DNA of 64,000 nucleotides from Takakia lepidozioides (Eukaryota; Plantae; Bryophyta), in contig CM060733.1 in assembly GCA_030704615.1 (NCBI GenBank), forward strand, positions 48,112,001-48,176,000, in the 5' to 3' direction. A program made the translations under genes and the position numbers. Positions within the stretch are counted from its first letter, which is position 1. The number at the start of each line of letters is the position of its first letter. The notes under the pieces were generated by a model. The model saw nothing but the letters and a program-made list of their open reading frames with translations, was not told the origin of the DNA and made no database searches. Shown here piece after piece: positions 12,359-23,055 of this stretch.

Positions 12359-13700
12359 ACCGGTCGATGCACAACCTGAAAGTCATACTCCTGGAGTATA
12401 AGTGCCCACCGTGCAAGCTTCCCCGTAAGCTTGTCTGACTCCATCAACCACTTGAGTGGCTGGTGATCCGTGACAAGGGTGAAAAGATTGCCGTATAGAT
12501 AGCACCTGAAGTGTGCCACGGCCCACACTGCAGCTAAGCACTCTCCCTCATATGAGCTGTACTTAGCCTCTGCAGCGTTGTTCGAGCGGCTAGCGTAAGC
12601 CACTACGAACTCTCTTCCCTCATCATCCACCTGTGTGAGCACCGCTCCAAGCCCCAGCATGCTCCAATCCGTATGCAGCTGAAAGGGACGCCCCCTGATA
12701 GGTCGTCTCAAGATAGGCGCCGAGGTCAACCTCGCCTTGAGCTCTTGAAAAGCTCGTTCCTGCTCATCTTCCCACTGCCACTCCTGGTCCACCTTGGTCA
12801 GCTTGGTTAGAGCCTTTGCAATGGTACTAAATCCCTTGACAAACCGTCTATAATAGTTTGCCAACCCCATGAAAGCTCGAACTCGGCTCACATCCGTGGG
12901 GCGTGGAATTTGTGCAATGGCCTCTACCTTAGTCTGCTGTACCCCAATCCTCCAGGATATATCATGTGACCCAGATACTCAATCTGGTTGTGGAAAAACT
13001 TGCACTTCCCCGGATGCAACTTCAATCCGTGCGCTCTCAAGCGCTCCAATACCACCTGAAGGTGTCTCTCATGCTCCTCCATCGTAACACTAAAGATGAT
13101 GATGTCATCTATGTAGCACCGAGCAAAGTCCACCCCTGCTAGAATCCTATCCATGACTCTCTGAAACTCTGCAGGAGCATTCTTAAGCCCAAATGGTAAG
13201 AACCGCCACTGATATAGGCAATCCTTGCCGTGCTCATTGATCCCCCAGAATGCCGTCTTTGCTTGTCCGCCTCCTTGATTGGCAACTGGTGATATCCGGA
13301 TCGTAAATCCAAAGTGCTAAAGGCCTTAGCATGCCCGATGGCATCAAAGATCTCCTCTGGTGTTGGCATGGCATACTTATCGGACTTGGTCTGACGATTT
13401 ACAGGCCGGTAATCACCGCACATACGTCTCTCCGTCCAATTGCCATAGACATCCTTCTTGGCTGGCATCACTGTGGCTGAAGCATACTCTCCACCAGAGA
13501 GCTCCACCAAACCTGCCTCCCAGAGATCTTGAGTCCTCATCTGAATCAAAGACCTCTCCATGTCACTGTATCTATAGGGTCTCCGAAAGATTGGCGTGTC
13601 AGTGGCCAACTCAATACGGATCTCTTGACCCTTCAGTGCTCCCAAGTCCTTCAAACTGAAGGCAAAGCAATTCCTGTAAGCCCTCAGGAACCGCCGTATA
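12331..13700 (-). CDS. Reverse transcriptase and RNase H (pol segments, several frameshifts)
   Basis: RT: RMCGDYRPVN, STLDLRSGYHQL, MPF-type FLPFGLKNAP, CYIDDIII, KCKFF..YLGH. RNase H: LHTDWSMLGLGAVL, YSSYEGECLA, TDHQPL. Confidence 0.95.
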
Positions 13701-14109
13701 CGTCGTCTCTCTCCTCCGGTGACAATGGGTCCAATGTCAGGCTCCCAATTGTCCTCCGTAACTGCAACCTTAAGTCCAGTGGGCTTAGAGGTAGAGGACG
13801 CGTCCAGTGGTTGCTATGTTGCAACCTCTTGAGCAGTACTCCCTGCCTGCTCAGTCAATGACAAGGCCTCATCCTGCCCCATCATCTCATCCTTGAGGAC
13901 CTCCTCAACCCGAGAAGAATCCCCAACCTCATCCATCACACCGCCTTGGCTGCCAACTCCCTCTGAACCTCGAGCACCTCCCACGTGTGCCATGGATGCA
14001 TGCACCCCGTGGTCCTCACATGCTCGCCCCCACTCACTGCCTGTACCGTCTCGGTAGGCAGAGAGACCATTGAGGGAAGTGTACTCCGCACTCTGCGTTG
14101 CTCAGCCAG

Positions 14110-15060
14110 AGCCAAGCTGATAATCCAGGTCAAGCAATTGAGATCCATTGCTTGCCCCAACACTTGACGACGTGATGCCTCAGAAAGAGACGACACCGCC
14201 GTGGTACCAGTGGTAAAACCCATTGCCCGCTCACGCTCGTCAGCATTAGGCTCCACTAACTGCTGCAACTGAGCATCCCACAGGAGGCCAGGTCCACTAT
14301 CCCGGAAAGCATGCGATCCTGGGAAGCTGAGCAGTGTAGGTAATGCTGCTCGTGGTTGACCCACCTTGTTGACCACTGCCAAAGGCAAACGGTCATCGTG
14401 TCTCACACGCTGAGACTGCCTCCCTGTGTCCAGAATGCTATCCACTGTGAGATGTGCTGGCCGCTGCACCCCATCAAATGCACGCTTGAGCAGTGCGGGT
14501 GGCATCAAGTTAGTCCACCATAGCCGTGGACGATGAGCCCGTGACCCCACTGTAGCTGCATCTAGCAACACTGCTGACCCAAGCCACGACCGGACTTGAT
14601 GCACACTGGCCATCACCCTGGCCCGAGAATCGCCCATCAGTGGCACATTCTCCAAGATGTATGCTGGAGATACAGCTTGATGAAGCTGCAAGTGGCGCAA
14701 AACCCGCACCATCTCCCAAAACAGACCCGACCTCGAGTCTCGCAATCCATTGCCATGCCCGGCTGATGAATGCCCTTGGCAGGGCCAACCTGCCACTACC
14801 AGATCAATGGAGCCAACCCGCTCCAAATCCTGCGCCCCCAGCAACGAAATGTCTGCTGGCAAGGCCTGCTGATATCCACGAATTGCAGACACCGACAACA
14901 ACTCAGGGTACCGCTGCACCAACTGAGCAACATGGCGAAGTGAAACGCGTCGTGCAGTCTCATCCCTCTCCACATACAGGTAACGCCGAACTCGTACACC
15001 TGCCTGTAACACAGCAGCCAATCCGGTGCTGATCCCGCCAAACAAGTCCAGAAGACAAAT
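14110..15060 (-). CDS. DNMT3-like C5 cytosine DNA methyltransferase domain inside the pol polyprotein (within ORF 13936-15231)
   Basis: Canonical motifs in order, uninterrupted: I LDLFGGISTG; II YVERD; III DI; IV DLVVAGWPCQ (catalytic PC); GLRDSRSGLFWE; VI YILENV; VIII DAATVGSRAHRPRLWWTNL; IX ERERAMGF; X RRQVLGQAM. These parallel DNMT3A motifs LSLFDGIATG, GGSPCN, LFENV, AAHRARYFWGNL, EMERVFGF and RQRLLGRSW. Confidence 0.95.
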
Positions 15061-15199
15061 GCCTTCATCCGGATACTGCCACACAATAGGTGTGGTGTCC
15101 AATGGAGACAACTGAGGTGGTCCTGGTGCAATCCCCGCACTCTCCTCCTCTCCTGACGGTACAAAAGCCTCCACCCAGGCTTGTTGCACCCGTCGATCA

Positions 15200-17982
15200 G
15201 CATCCGCTGCAAATCCTTGCTCGTGCCCCACAATGGAGTCTGAGCAACCATGGTAGGCAACTCCGCCATACCATACATGTCATCCTGCTCTCCCGGAGGT
15301 GGTACATCCTCTGAATGAGCATTGCCCTCAAGCAACTCTCTAGGCCAACTCACTGCCGCTGTGAATGCTGCTAGTGTCGGCATCTTGCCTCGCTGGGCAA
15401 CCGCAACTCCTCCTATGAACGTCACAGGGAGCTGCACACGCCGGCCCTCCCCTGACTGCCATGCAGGCCTATAGGAAGCTGACTCCTCCCAAAAATCCAG
15501 GGTGAAGCCCATGGGGTACAACACTGCCCCACCAACCAGGACATCGTATGAGACTGCGTCTGTCACAATGGCCTTGGCTCGCATCACTGAGCCATCTGTA
15601 GGGTGATCCGGCCGTAGTCTGATAGCCAACTCACGCCGTGTCATGCCCCGAGCCTGCTCCGATCCTCCCAGAGACGTCTGTATCTGGAAAGGACAAGGCT
15701 CCATATCCGCCTCCGTGAGGCCCAAGCCTGCAATAGCAGCTCTGCCCAGCATCAGTGGCTGAGCTCCCGAGTCCAACAAGACCCGCAGTGGCCGGTACCT
15801 CTTGCCTGCCGGTCCACTCAAACAGAAAATGCCATCCTGGTTGTCTAACATGACAACTCCAGGTGTCACCATGGCGCGCTCAATGGCTGGCCTAGCTGGC
15901 AGCTCCATCAACCTGGCAGCTGCAGCTTGCCATGGCGCCGCCGTGGCAGTCTTGACCCTCAAATCCGAGGATCCCTCCGGCACTACACCTCCCACTATCT
16001 CCGCAGAAGATGAAGTAACCTCCCCACTCTCACAGAGTGTAGCTGCCAGCCTGAACACCTCAGCTGGTCTTACCCCCGGCGTCGCAATCATGGTAGCCGA
16101 GAACAATGGAGCCTGGCACACAGATGTGGCCGCTCCTAGCAGCACACTAGCTGCCGTAGCCTTGGCAACACTAGGTAGTGGTGCTACCCGTGTAGCTCTC
16201 CCCAATGGCATAGTAACCTCCGCCTCGGTAACAGTCGAGCGAGAACTAGGTGCCATGGATGGCGTCGACACTGTCTCCGCCAATGTGAATGACTGAGGAA
16301 GCCTAGCCTGACGGCTTGCCTCCCCACGCTGTGGATCCAACTCCACCTCTGCACCTCGTGGCTCAGGAACTCGTGCTGCTCCTCGAGTCACGGCTGCAGC
16401 AGACTCCACCTGCACTAGTGGTAGTGCTGCTCCACACATGAATCCCATGCCTCCCATATCTCCTCCCTCAGGAGCAGGAGGTGGACCATCCGGCCTTAGA
16501 GCCGGTACCACCTGAGCTGTAGCCATGGCAGCGAGCCTCTGCTCTAGCTGCTGAAGCCGGTTGGCCATGCCTTGGTCAACACCCTGACCTCCGCGTCCTT
16601 GGCCACGTTGAGCTTGCCCTTGGCCTCGTGGCTGGCCACCTCGTCCTCTCTGGGCTGCTCCACCTCGCCCCCGGCCACCATTGTTCCCTTGGAACTGGCC
16701 TGGGCGCAACTCAGGATGCAAACCATAACAGGCCTCTTCATGCCCGTGCTTGCCACAATGCCCACACTGCAACTGTGCAGGCTGTGCATGTGCCGACCCT
16801 TTGCCTCCCTCTGGGCAATCCTTCTTGACATGGGGTCCTCCACATGTCCAGCACACACCACATCCGCCCGTTGTTGGCCAGCAAATGAAGGGAGAGACCC
16901 CTGCATCTGAGGTCCTCTCTGCCCTTCCCTGAGCTTCACCTGAGCCCCCTTGTTGCCTTGAGCACGTTGAGGTAGTGGTTGGCTAGGATCACCACTACCC
17001 CGTGGTGTCTCCTTAGCAAATCCACCATGACCACTCGTTCCTCCACCATGTTGAGCTCTATCCGCTCTGCCAGCAAAAACACATTTGCTAAGGTGGGTTG
17101 GGCCGCTTGTAGAGAGTTGCATCCCGCACCCTTCTCCTCAGCTCCTTGTCCAATATCCCATACCAGAATTGGACTGCCTGAGCTTCCGTAACCCCTTGGG
17201 TTACATTTATCAGCGCCTCATGCGAGTGAAAGCCTCCCTCCAAGCTCTCGGTCGGCTTCCGTTGGAACTCTTGCAAGCTCCGCAACTTCTCTGTCCTCAC
17301 CCCCTTGGTAGTTCCCTCTCAACTCTTCGAAGAACTCCACAAACAGGGTTGAAGGCAGGCACGGTGCTAGTGTTGGTGCGGTAGTGGCTTGGGTGGACTT
17401 CGTAGCTACTGTACCACCAGTCCCACTAGTCCCCTGCTACTTGCTGAAGCTGCCGGTGCAGCGGCAGGTGCAGCCACTGCCCTCGTGGCTCTAGTGCCCC
17501 TAGTGATGGAGACATAGTCGGGTGACCAGTACATCCTCCACTCCTCGATCTCAACCTCATGCCCCCGCCTGAACTCATGGTAATCATCCATAGGCGGCCC
17601 CTCAAGGTGCTGAAACAGCCCCTTCCATGCCATGAAAGGTGTAAATAGTTGTGGATTGCGCATTTGCTGCAAATCACACCAACTATCAACTCTTGGATAA
17701 AATCATCCAACTCGATGGTGCCCACCGCCCAGAGTACCTTCGTGGCCTTTTGGTAGCTCCATACATCTCCTCCATTGTGTCCCACAACAATGGCAAAGAA
17801 ACAACTTGCACTGCCGGTATGAGTCCTCCTGATTCACAATCCGAATCAGAACCTTCCGTGGAAGACACAGGAGGTGAAGGTGGCCTAAACCGCACACCTC
17901 GTCTCGTGTACCCACTAGTATCGCTAGTGCTCGAACCGGCACTGTCCCCAGCAACTAGTGGCACCTCCGTGTTGACACTCAA
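15200..17982 (-). CDS. Gag with two zinc knuckles and aspartic protease (frameshifted)
   Basis: CWTCGGPHVKKDC and CGHCGKHGH knuckles, RGG-rich linker, protease VLLDSGAQ...DVLVG. Upstream gag-like pieces (LQEFQRKPTES..., QAVQFWYGILD). Confidence 0.85.
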
Positions 17983-18699
17983 CCGGTCATGAACATGTCC
18001 CTAACCCCTCTCCACAAGGTAACCGGGTAGAGAACCTGTTACGGTTTATGGTTTGGAATACTAAGTTCCTAACATAGCCTACATCTGTACCTGCATCCAC
18101 CGCAAGCACTCCTATGGTTGGCTGGTCATCACCTCCAACCTCACCACAGGAGAAACAATGATGGTCTGGCTGGTCATCACCCCAGCCTCACCATCGACAG
18201 CATGCTCTAGGACTGGCCGGTGATCAAATCCGGACCAATCACCTATAAAAACAAGCGCCCACACAAAACTAGCATGGCGCAAAGTCAAGCATGCAGGTAT
18301 GGAGGGGATCCAAACACAAGAAATCAGAACGATAACTCCCCCACACCAAAAACAACTCCACGGTGTTGCTCCTGCAAGGACACCCCAGCCCAAACCCGGA
18401 CTGACTCTTGCCTCCACCTACGGAAAGGTCTTGGCCTAATGAGAGGGTGGAAACTACGAGGAAGAGAAGCTAAAGCAATGCCTAACCCCAGCATGCCCTC
18501 ATCCCAACACTCTTCCTCTCCTCTCTTCCCTCACTTGCATGACCATGGGAATATCATGAAGATACTCCTCAAACCGCCCTCTACGAGCTTCAAAATTCGG
18601 CCTTCCAGACCACATGCCAGTCCTTAGGCAGTCCACCAGTGCCTCCACGAGTCAGCACAGGCCGTCCACAGGTCAACACGGGCCACCACAGACCAACAC

Positions 18700-18965
18700 A
18701 GGCCCACACAGCTCACTGGTCACAGCCATCACAGTCCCACAGGCCATCAGGCACAACCCGTCACAGCCCCAAAGGCCATAGGCACAACCTGTCACAGCCC
18801 CGCACAGCCCGTCACATCCCCAAAGGCCACGGCACAGCTTGTCACAGCCCGTCACAGCCCAAAGGCCACGGGCACGGCCTGTCACAGCCCCTCACAGCCC
18901 GTCATAGCCCCACAGGCCTCAGGCACGGCCTGTCACAGCCCCTCACAGCCCATCACAGCCCCATC
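18700..18965. repeat. CACAGCCC-based tandem repeat in the retroelement 5' leader
   Basis: Many copies of (gt)cacagccc interspersed with aaaggccac.gcac. Confidence 0.85.
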
Positions 18966-20379
18966 CATGGCCGCTCTGGCAGTTTAGCCATTTCTCCAAG
19001 GGGTTTAGCCACGCCAAGCTAGGGTTTGTGTCTCTTGGACTCTAGGCTTCTTTCCACTGAGCTATGGCGGTTGTGAGGAAATCAGCAAGGTATTCTTGCT
19101 CTTTCGGCTCCCACACACCACCATAGTAGCCCTAAGCCATGAGGTGGTTGCCACAAACCAACCCTTCTTTCTCACTTAGCCTCCCCAAACACGCCACTAA
19201 ACTCAATGGCAAACAACCAAGCCCTGCTGGTTCCCAGCCCTTGTGAGCACTCATTCAAGCCCTCTCCTTGGCCATAACATCTGTCTTAGAGCCTATTCCA
19301 GCCCCCTACACCTGCTGCTTCAAGAGTTGCGCTCCCTTCAAGCTTGAAGTTGAAACCCCAACTCACATAGGCCCTACAAGTGCTTTTCTTTCACTCCAAG
19401 TGGAAACCAGCCCTAGACCTTCCATTCTAGCTCTCTAAAGCTTGAAAACAATAGCCTCAATGGGCTGAAGGCATGCTCCACACATGCCCCACTCTCACCA
19501 TAAGAGAATCAGCTCCTTTGCTTCATTTCTTGCACCCACAAACCTGAAAATACAAGCTTCAGCAGGCTGAAAGCATGCTCCACATGCCCTACAGGGAAAC
19601 CAGCCCCTTCCTTCCTTTCTTGCACTCCCACACCTGAAAGTGCAAGCCTTCACCAGGCTGATAGCATGCTCCACACATGCAACCTCTTCACACAAGAGAT
19701 ATCGGCCCCCTATCTTGGCTCCTTGGTTCCTTGATGCTCTCTAAGACAAGACTAAGCACTCCACAGCCTTTGCCAAGCTCCTGAAACCCTAAGGCTTACA
19801 TTTCCAGCCACAAGACACTTCTCTTGTGGTGCAAGAACTCTTCTTCCAAGCTCTGAAACCCTAGGTGCACATTCCATGGCCTTGCCGCACCTCTTAGCTC
19901 ATGTTCCAGCCCTGCTCTCGCCATGACAAGAGCCCTCTCAATGCTGAAGCTCGAGATTGAAACCCAATCTCACCATACTCCACAAAGTGCACTGATTTGC
20001 CCCAAGCCAAATCAGCCCTTTCGCTTGGTCTTGCAATCCTTCACACAATGAAAGCTCGCATTCCCAAGTCCAGTTCTCAGCTTTGCCACCAAAGCCACTA
20101 TAACCTGCTCTTGACTGGTCCTCTTCCCAATCGTGCTTGCTCATGCATGTACACAATCTGAAACCATCAAGGTGCTCTGGAATTACCTGCAGTATGGTGC
20201 TTTCATCTCTGAAGCTGAAGATCGAACGCCAAGGTTTACCACCTCGTAACCCACATCGCCTCCGCTTCTAACAACCAAGAGCTCCATGGTGCTCCTTGCA
20301 TAACAACTTGGTTTCCCTCATTCTCAAGCAAAAACTACAAGTGCTACAACTAACTCGTATCTAGCACTCATAGATACGA

Positions 20380-20395
20380 GCTGATCTTTCTCGAG
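20380..20395 (-). promoter_or_regulatory. Candidate self-priming primer-binding site
   Basis: Directly downstream of repeat B on the element strand. CTCGAGAAAGATCAGC is 15/16 complementary to 20551-20566 inside B. No TGG-starting tRNA PBS is present. Confidence 0.55.
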
Positions 20396-20712
20396 TGATA
20401 AAGAAGAAGAATACAAGCACGAGCTCACAAATCTGAAGCATAAACTCATGCATATATAACCTCATCACTCAAATACAAGTCAAGCCAAGTGCACCCCACG
20501 CCATGGGGAATCCACACTACGGCGCCATAGCTAGGCGCGGTGAGGCTCAACTCGAGAAAGATGAGCCTCCCGCGCTTGCCGTGAAGATAACCACTCCAGG
20601 GCCTAAATCTGCCTTGACCCCTGGATTGACACTTGGGCCAATCCCAAATGTCAATATGTAAAAGCTAGCTATTTCCTAGCTAGTTTCACACTAGTGGTAA
20701 AATAACTTGACA
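20396..20712. repeat. Split repeat B, copy 2 (317 bp; element 5' terminus)
   Basis: Direct repeat of 9936-10252, followed by TSD GATG. Confidence 0.95.
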
Positions 20713-21430
20713 GATGGCATAATGCCCTTGATGAGGATGTCGTTAGTTAAGTTAACAAAATCCTCACCACAAACAGGCCAAATTGCTTTGAAAAGCTCAA
20801 CAGGCAGCCCATCTAAACCAGGGGACTTTAAAAAAGCAAGAGATGAGAGAGCTTCCCCAAGCTCTATTTCATAAAATGGGGCAGAGAGCTTTTCCAGTCA
20901 GCAGGCAGAATGACTGAGGGGAAAACAGACAGTCCACTTCCTATCTGGATAAGATCATATCCTCAGAGGAGGTTCTCCTGTTGAACAAAGATGAGAAGTG
21001 GGAAGCAGCTAAGGAAGACAACTTCTTAGGACGAGAAATATGAAGAACTGACTCATTCTTCAGAGAGACAATAGTGGTTGCTGCCTGACGTTGCCTAGCC
21101 TTAAGGAAGAAATATGTAGACATTTTTTCTCCCTTAAGAGAGCAGCTGATACCCGCTTTACATCTCAAATTATCATCTTTTATCTTGAGCAGCTCAGCTA
21201 AGTTTCTTTTGGCCAAGAAATAAGAATCCCAAGTAGCAGGGGAGGCCCAATCCTTCTCAATGACTTGCTGACAGTGAGACAAACACTTAAAGAAATCTAT
21301 GAAGCTCTTTTACATCCGCAGTATGTACTGCTCGGCTGTAATGATGGTTCCCACGCCAGACCCATTGAGCTCATTCCCTGCACAAATGCATTGTAAGTTC
21401 ATCGACACACTACCTCCATGTGTTTTTACA

Positions 21431-21670
21431 GGGATCTCCATAATAATGAGCTGGAAGGACCATTTCCAGCCTTCAATAAAAGCGAGAACCTCCTCCCTTC
21501 GTCCAATGCTTTCCACCAAGGTCCATACATAGGGCCTGCATGTTTAGTGCCTCCCTGGCCTGGGTACCGTGTAGGGCCTCCCTGGCCTGGTTACAGTCAG
21601 AGTCCATACCCCTCTACCTCCTACCCTACTCCTTATTTGAATGGTGCACCAGCACAGGCTCCGGCCCAAC
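21431..21670 (+). pseudogene. LRR plus Pro-rich gene fragment
   Basis: After a ttttacag acceptor: DLHNNELEGPFP (plant LRR consensus), then a Pro/Tyr-rich stretch. Confidence 0.35.
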
Positions 21671-21671
21671 C

Positions 21672-21885
21672 CTCTCCACTGCTCTTCAATGTTTTCATTA
21701 ATGAGCTCTTTGGAGATGTGGAAAGCGAGGGATTTCGGTTTAAGATGGGTGACAGCTCTTATGTTTGTGAATGACTTTGTGGGACTAGGGGATACCCCCA
21801 TCCAATCTTCAGGAGTTGATTGAGTGTTCAAAGAGGTACTTTGACTTGTGGAGGCTAGAAGCCAATGTCAGTAAATGTGCAGTGG
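21672..21885 (+). mobile_element. Short LINE RT relic
   Basis: SPLLFNVFINEL, LMFVNDFVGL (LLFADD-like) and WRLEANVSKCAVV across frameshifts. Confidence 0.6.
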
Positions 21886-22234
21886 TGGCTGAGCCTAAAG
21901 CCCTGGCCTGTTTGGGTCTAATCGCTGGGCATCAATGTGAAGGGCTTTCTAGAGGAAATCTGGAAAACCTAAACCAATTGTTTATACCAAGTATGGGAGT
22001 GAGCCCCTCACAAAGGTAGTGTCTGTTCCCTCTTGTTCCGCCCAAACTGGGCACAAAGTCTATGCACTAGGCTACAACAAACAATGTCTCATGAGTACCT
22101 TCTATCACAATCTTATTAGGATTTGGTATGGCAGGAGAAGCACAAGCCCAGAAAAATCTTTTGAATGACACAGACCAACACACGAAGGGATTCTACATCA
22201 ACTTTCAGACATGGGAAGTGCAAACACGCACCAC

Positions 22235-22385
22235 CGTGCTACATCAAAATGAGGTTGCATGTCCGACCATGAGCCCCAGTCATCACTTGTGACACTGTGC
22301 ATGTGGGCAAAATTTCCCACCTTCATAGCCATAGCTGGTGTGGCTCGTATTCCAGGGGAGAGAGAATACACAATGAGCCTTCCTG
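22235..22385 (-). pseudogene. Isolated exon of a GH27 (alpha-galactosidase/melibiase family) gene
   Basis: GRLIVYSLSPGIRATPAMAMKVGNFAHMHSVTSDDWGSWSDMQPHFDVAR resembles the plant GH27 segment RPIVYSLSPG...YRITGDDWDTW..HFD. It ends at a GT donor. Confidence 0.55.
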
Positions 22386-22529
22386 TGTAATTGCTTGTCA
22401 AGCAGCCTCTTGCAAATAAGTTTTCAAAAAATACTTGATCATGCAACCAACCAGAACGTGTATCCAAGATGCCTACTACCTATTTAACATGTAGGTGTTC
22501 ATTACTGCAAAATAATCAAGAGAGAAGAT

Positions 22530-23055
22530 CAACACCTCGGACACAGTAGAGGGGTCTGACTTTTGGGCTGCTCAGACACAGCAGATTGAGAGATTGCCGG
22601 CGAGGATACTGCAGTTATAACGTTGCAATCCTTAGTCAATTTCTTGACCTCTTTCACTGGGAATAGGGTACAGCCAAGCATACAGAGCGTGTACTCCTTC
22701 TCTGTTTCTGTAGAGACGCCCACCAATTCGATGCTCATTTGCGAGAAACCAGGGGTCATCTCAAAGCGGGGGTGAATTCCCCCTCCATAGAAGATGCTGC
22801 TCTGGGATGTAATTGCCAGCTGAAGTACACCCGAGACGTTAAAAATGTTCTTCGAACCTCCTGCATTCTTATTCAACTGCACATCTGTAAGCGAGACTGT
22901 TGCCAGCTGCACCGGTGTCGTTGCATCCGATTCATTCAAAAAGTGGGTATATGGGGAATTGAATCTCTCCTTGACGAATTTGCTTCTGGGAGTGGATTGC
23001 ATAGCATAATGGGCTTGGAATCCTTAGACTACAGCCAATTCCCATTTTGAAATGA
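22530..23055 (-). pseudogene. Fragment of a DUF2921-type plant protein gene
   Basis: SFQNGNW..., FNVSGVLQLAIT, RFEMTPGFSQMSIELVGVSTE...LCMLGC resemble the N-terminal part of DUF2921 proteins. Contains a stop/frameshift. Confidence 0.45.

Larger units (their letters stand above)
9747..20712 (-). mobile_element. Ty3/Gypsy-like retroelement with DNMT3-type methyltransferase, PHD-tipped DDE integrase and split direct repeats
   Basis: Ends TGTC...GACA with 4-bp TSD GATG (9743-9746; 20713-20716). Minus-strand domain order: gag/Zn knuckles - protease - C5-MTase - RT - RNase H - integrase - PHD. Confidence 0.95.
4694..21290 (-). mobile_element. L1/Tx1-type LINE, 5'-truncated and degenerate, split by three nested insertions
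   Basis: Minus-strand ORF2 pieces: KSPGLDGLPVELFK (about 20.8 kb), GIITLIFKKGD..NYRPITLLN, LDFEKAFD, RQGCHLSPFLF, YTDD, LSIAGKALVVNQVL, and zf-RVT C-x2-C...ETLEHCFVEC (about 5.85-6.0 kb). A-rich tail at about 4694-4716. The frame rejoins when each insertion plus one TSD copy is removed (LLGHL|IGHGLC; GIMP|SQLSQG). Confidence 0.9.

Noticed and set aside
14110-15060. Bacterial restriction-modification MTase or contamination
   Set aside because: The domain is embedded in a eukaryotic pol within a TSD-bounded insertion, its motifs are DNMT3-like, and no endonuclease partner is present.
20490-20600. Hammerhead or other self-cleaving ribozyme in repeat B
   Set aside because: A multi-stem structure is present, but no CUGANGA/GAAA core is found on either strand.
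9747-20712. DIRS/Ngaro tyrosine-recombinase element
   Set aside because: Split repeats suggest it, but no YR motifs are seen, and an HHCC-DDE integrase, a protease and a 4-bp TSD are present.
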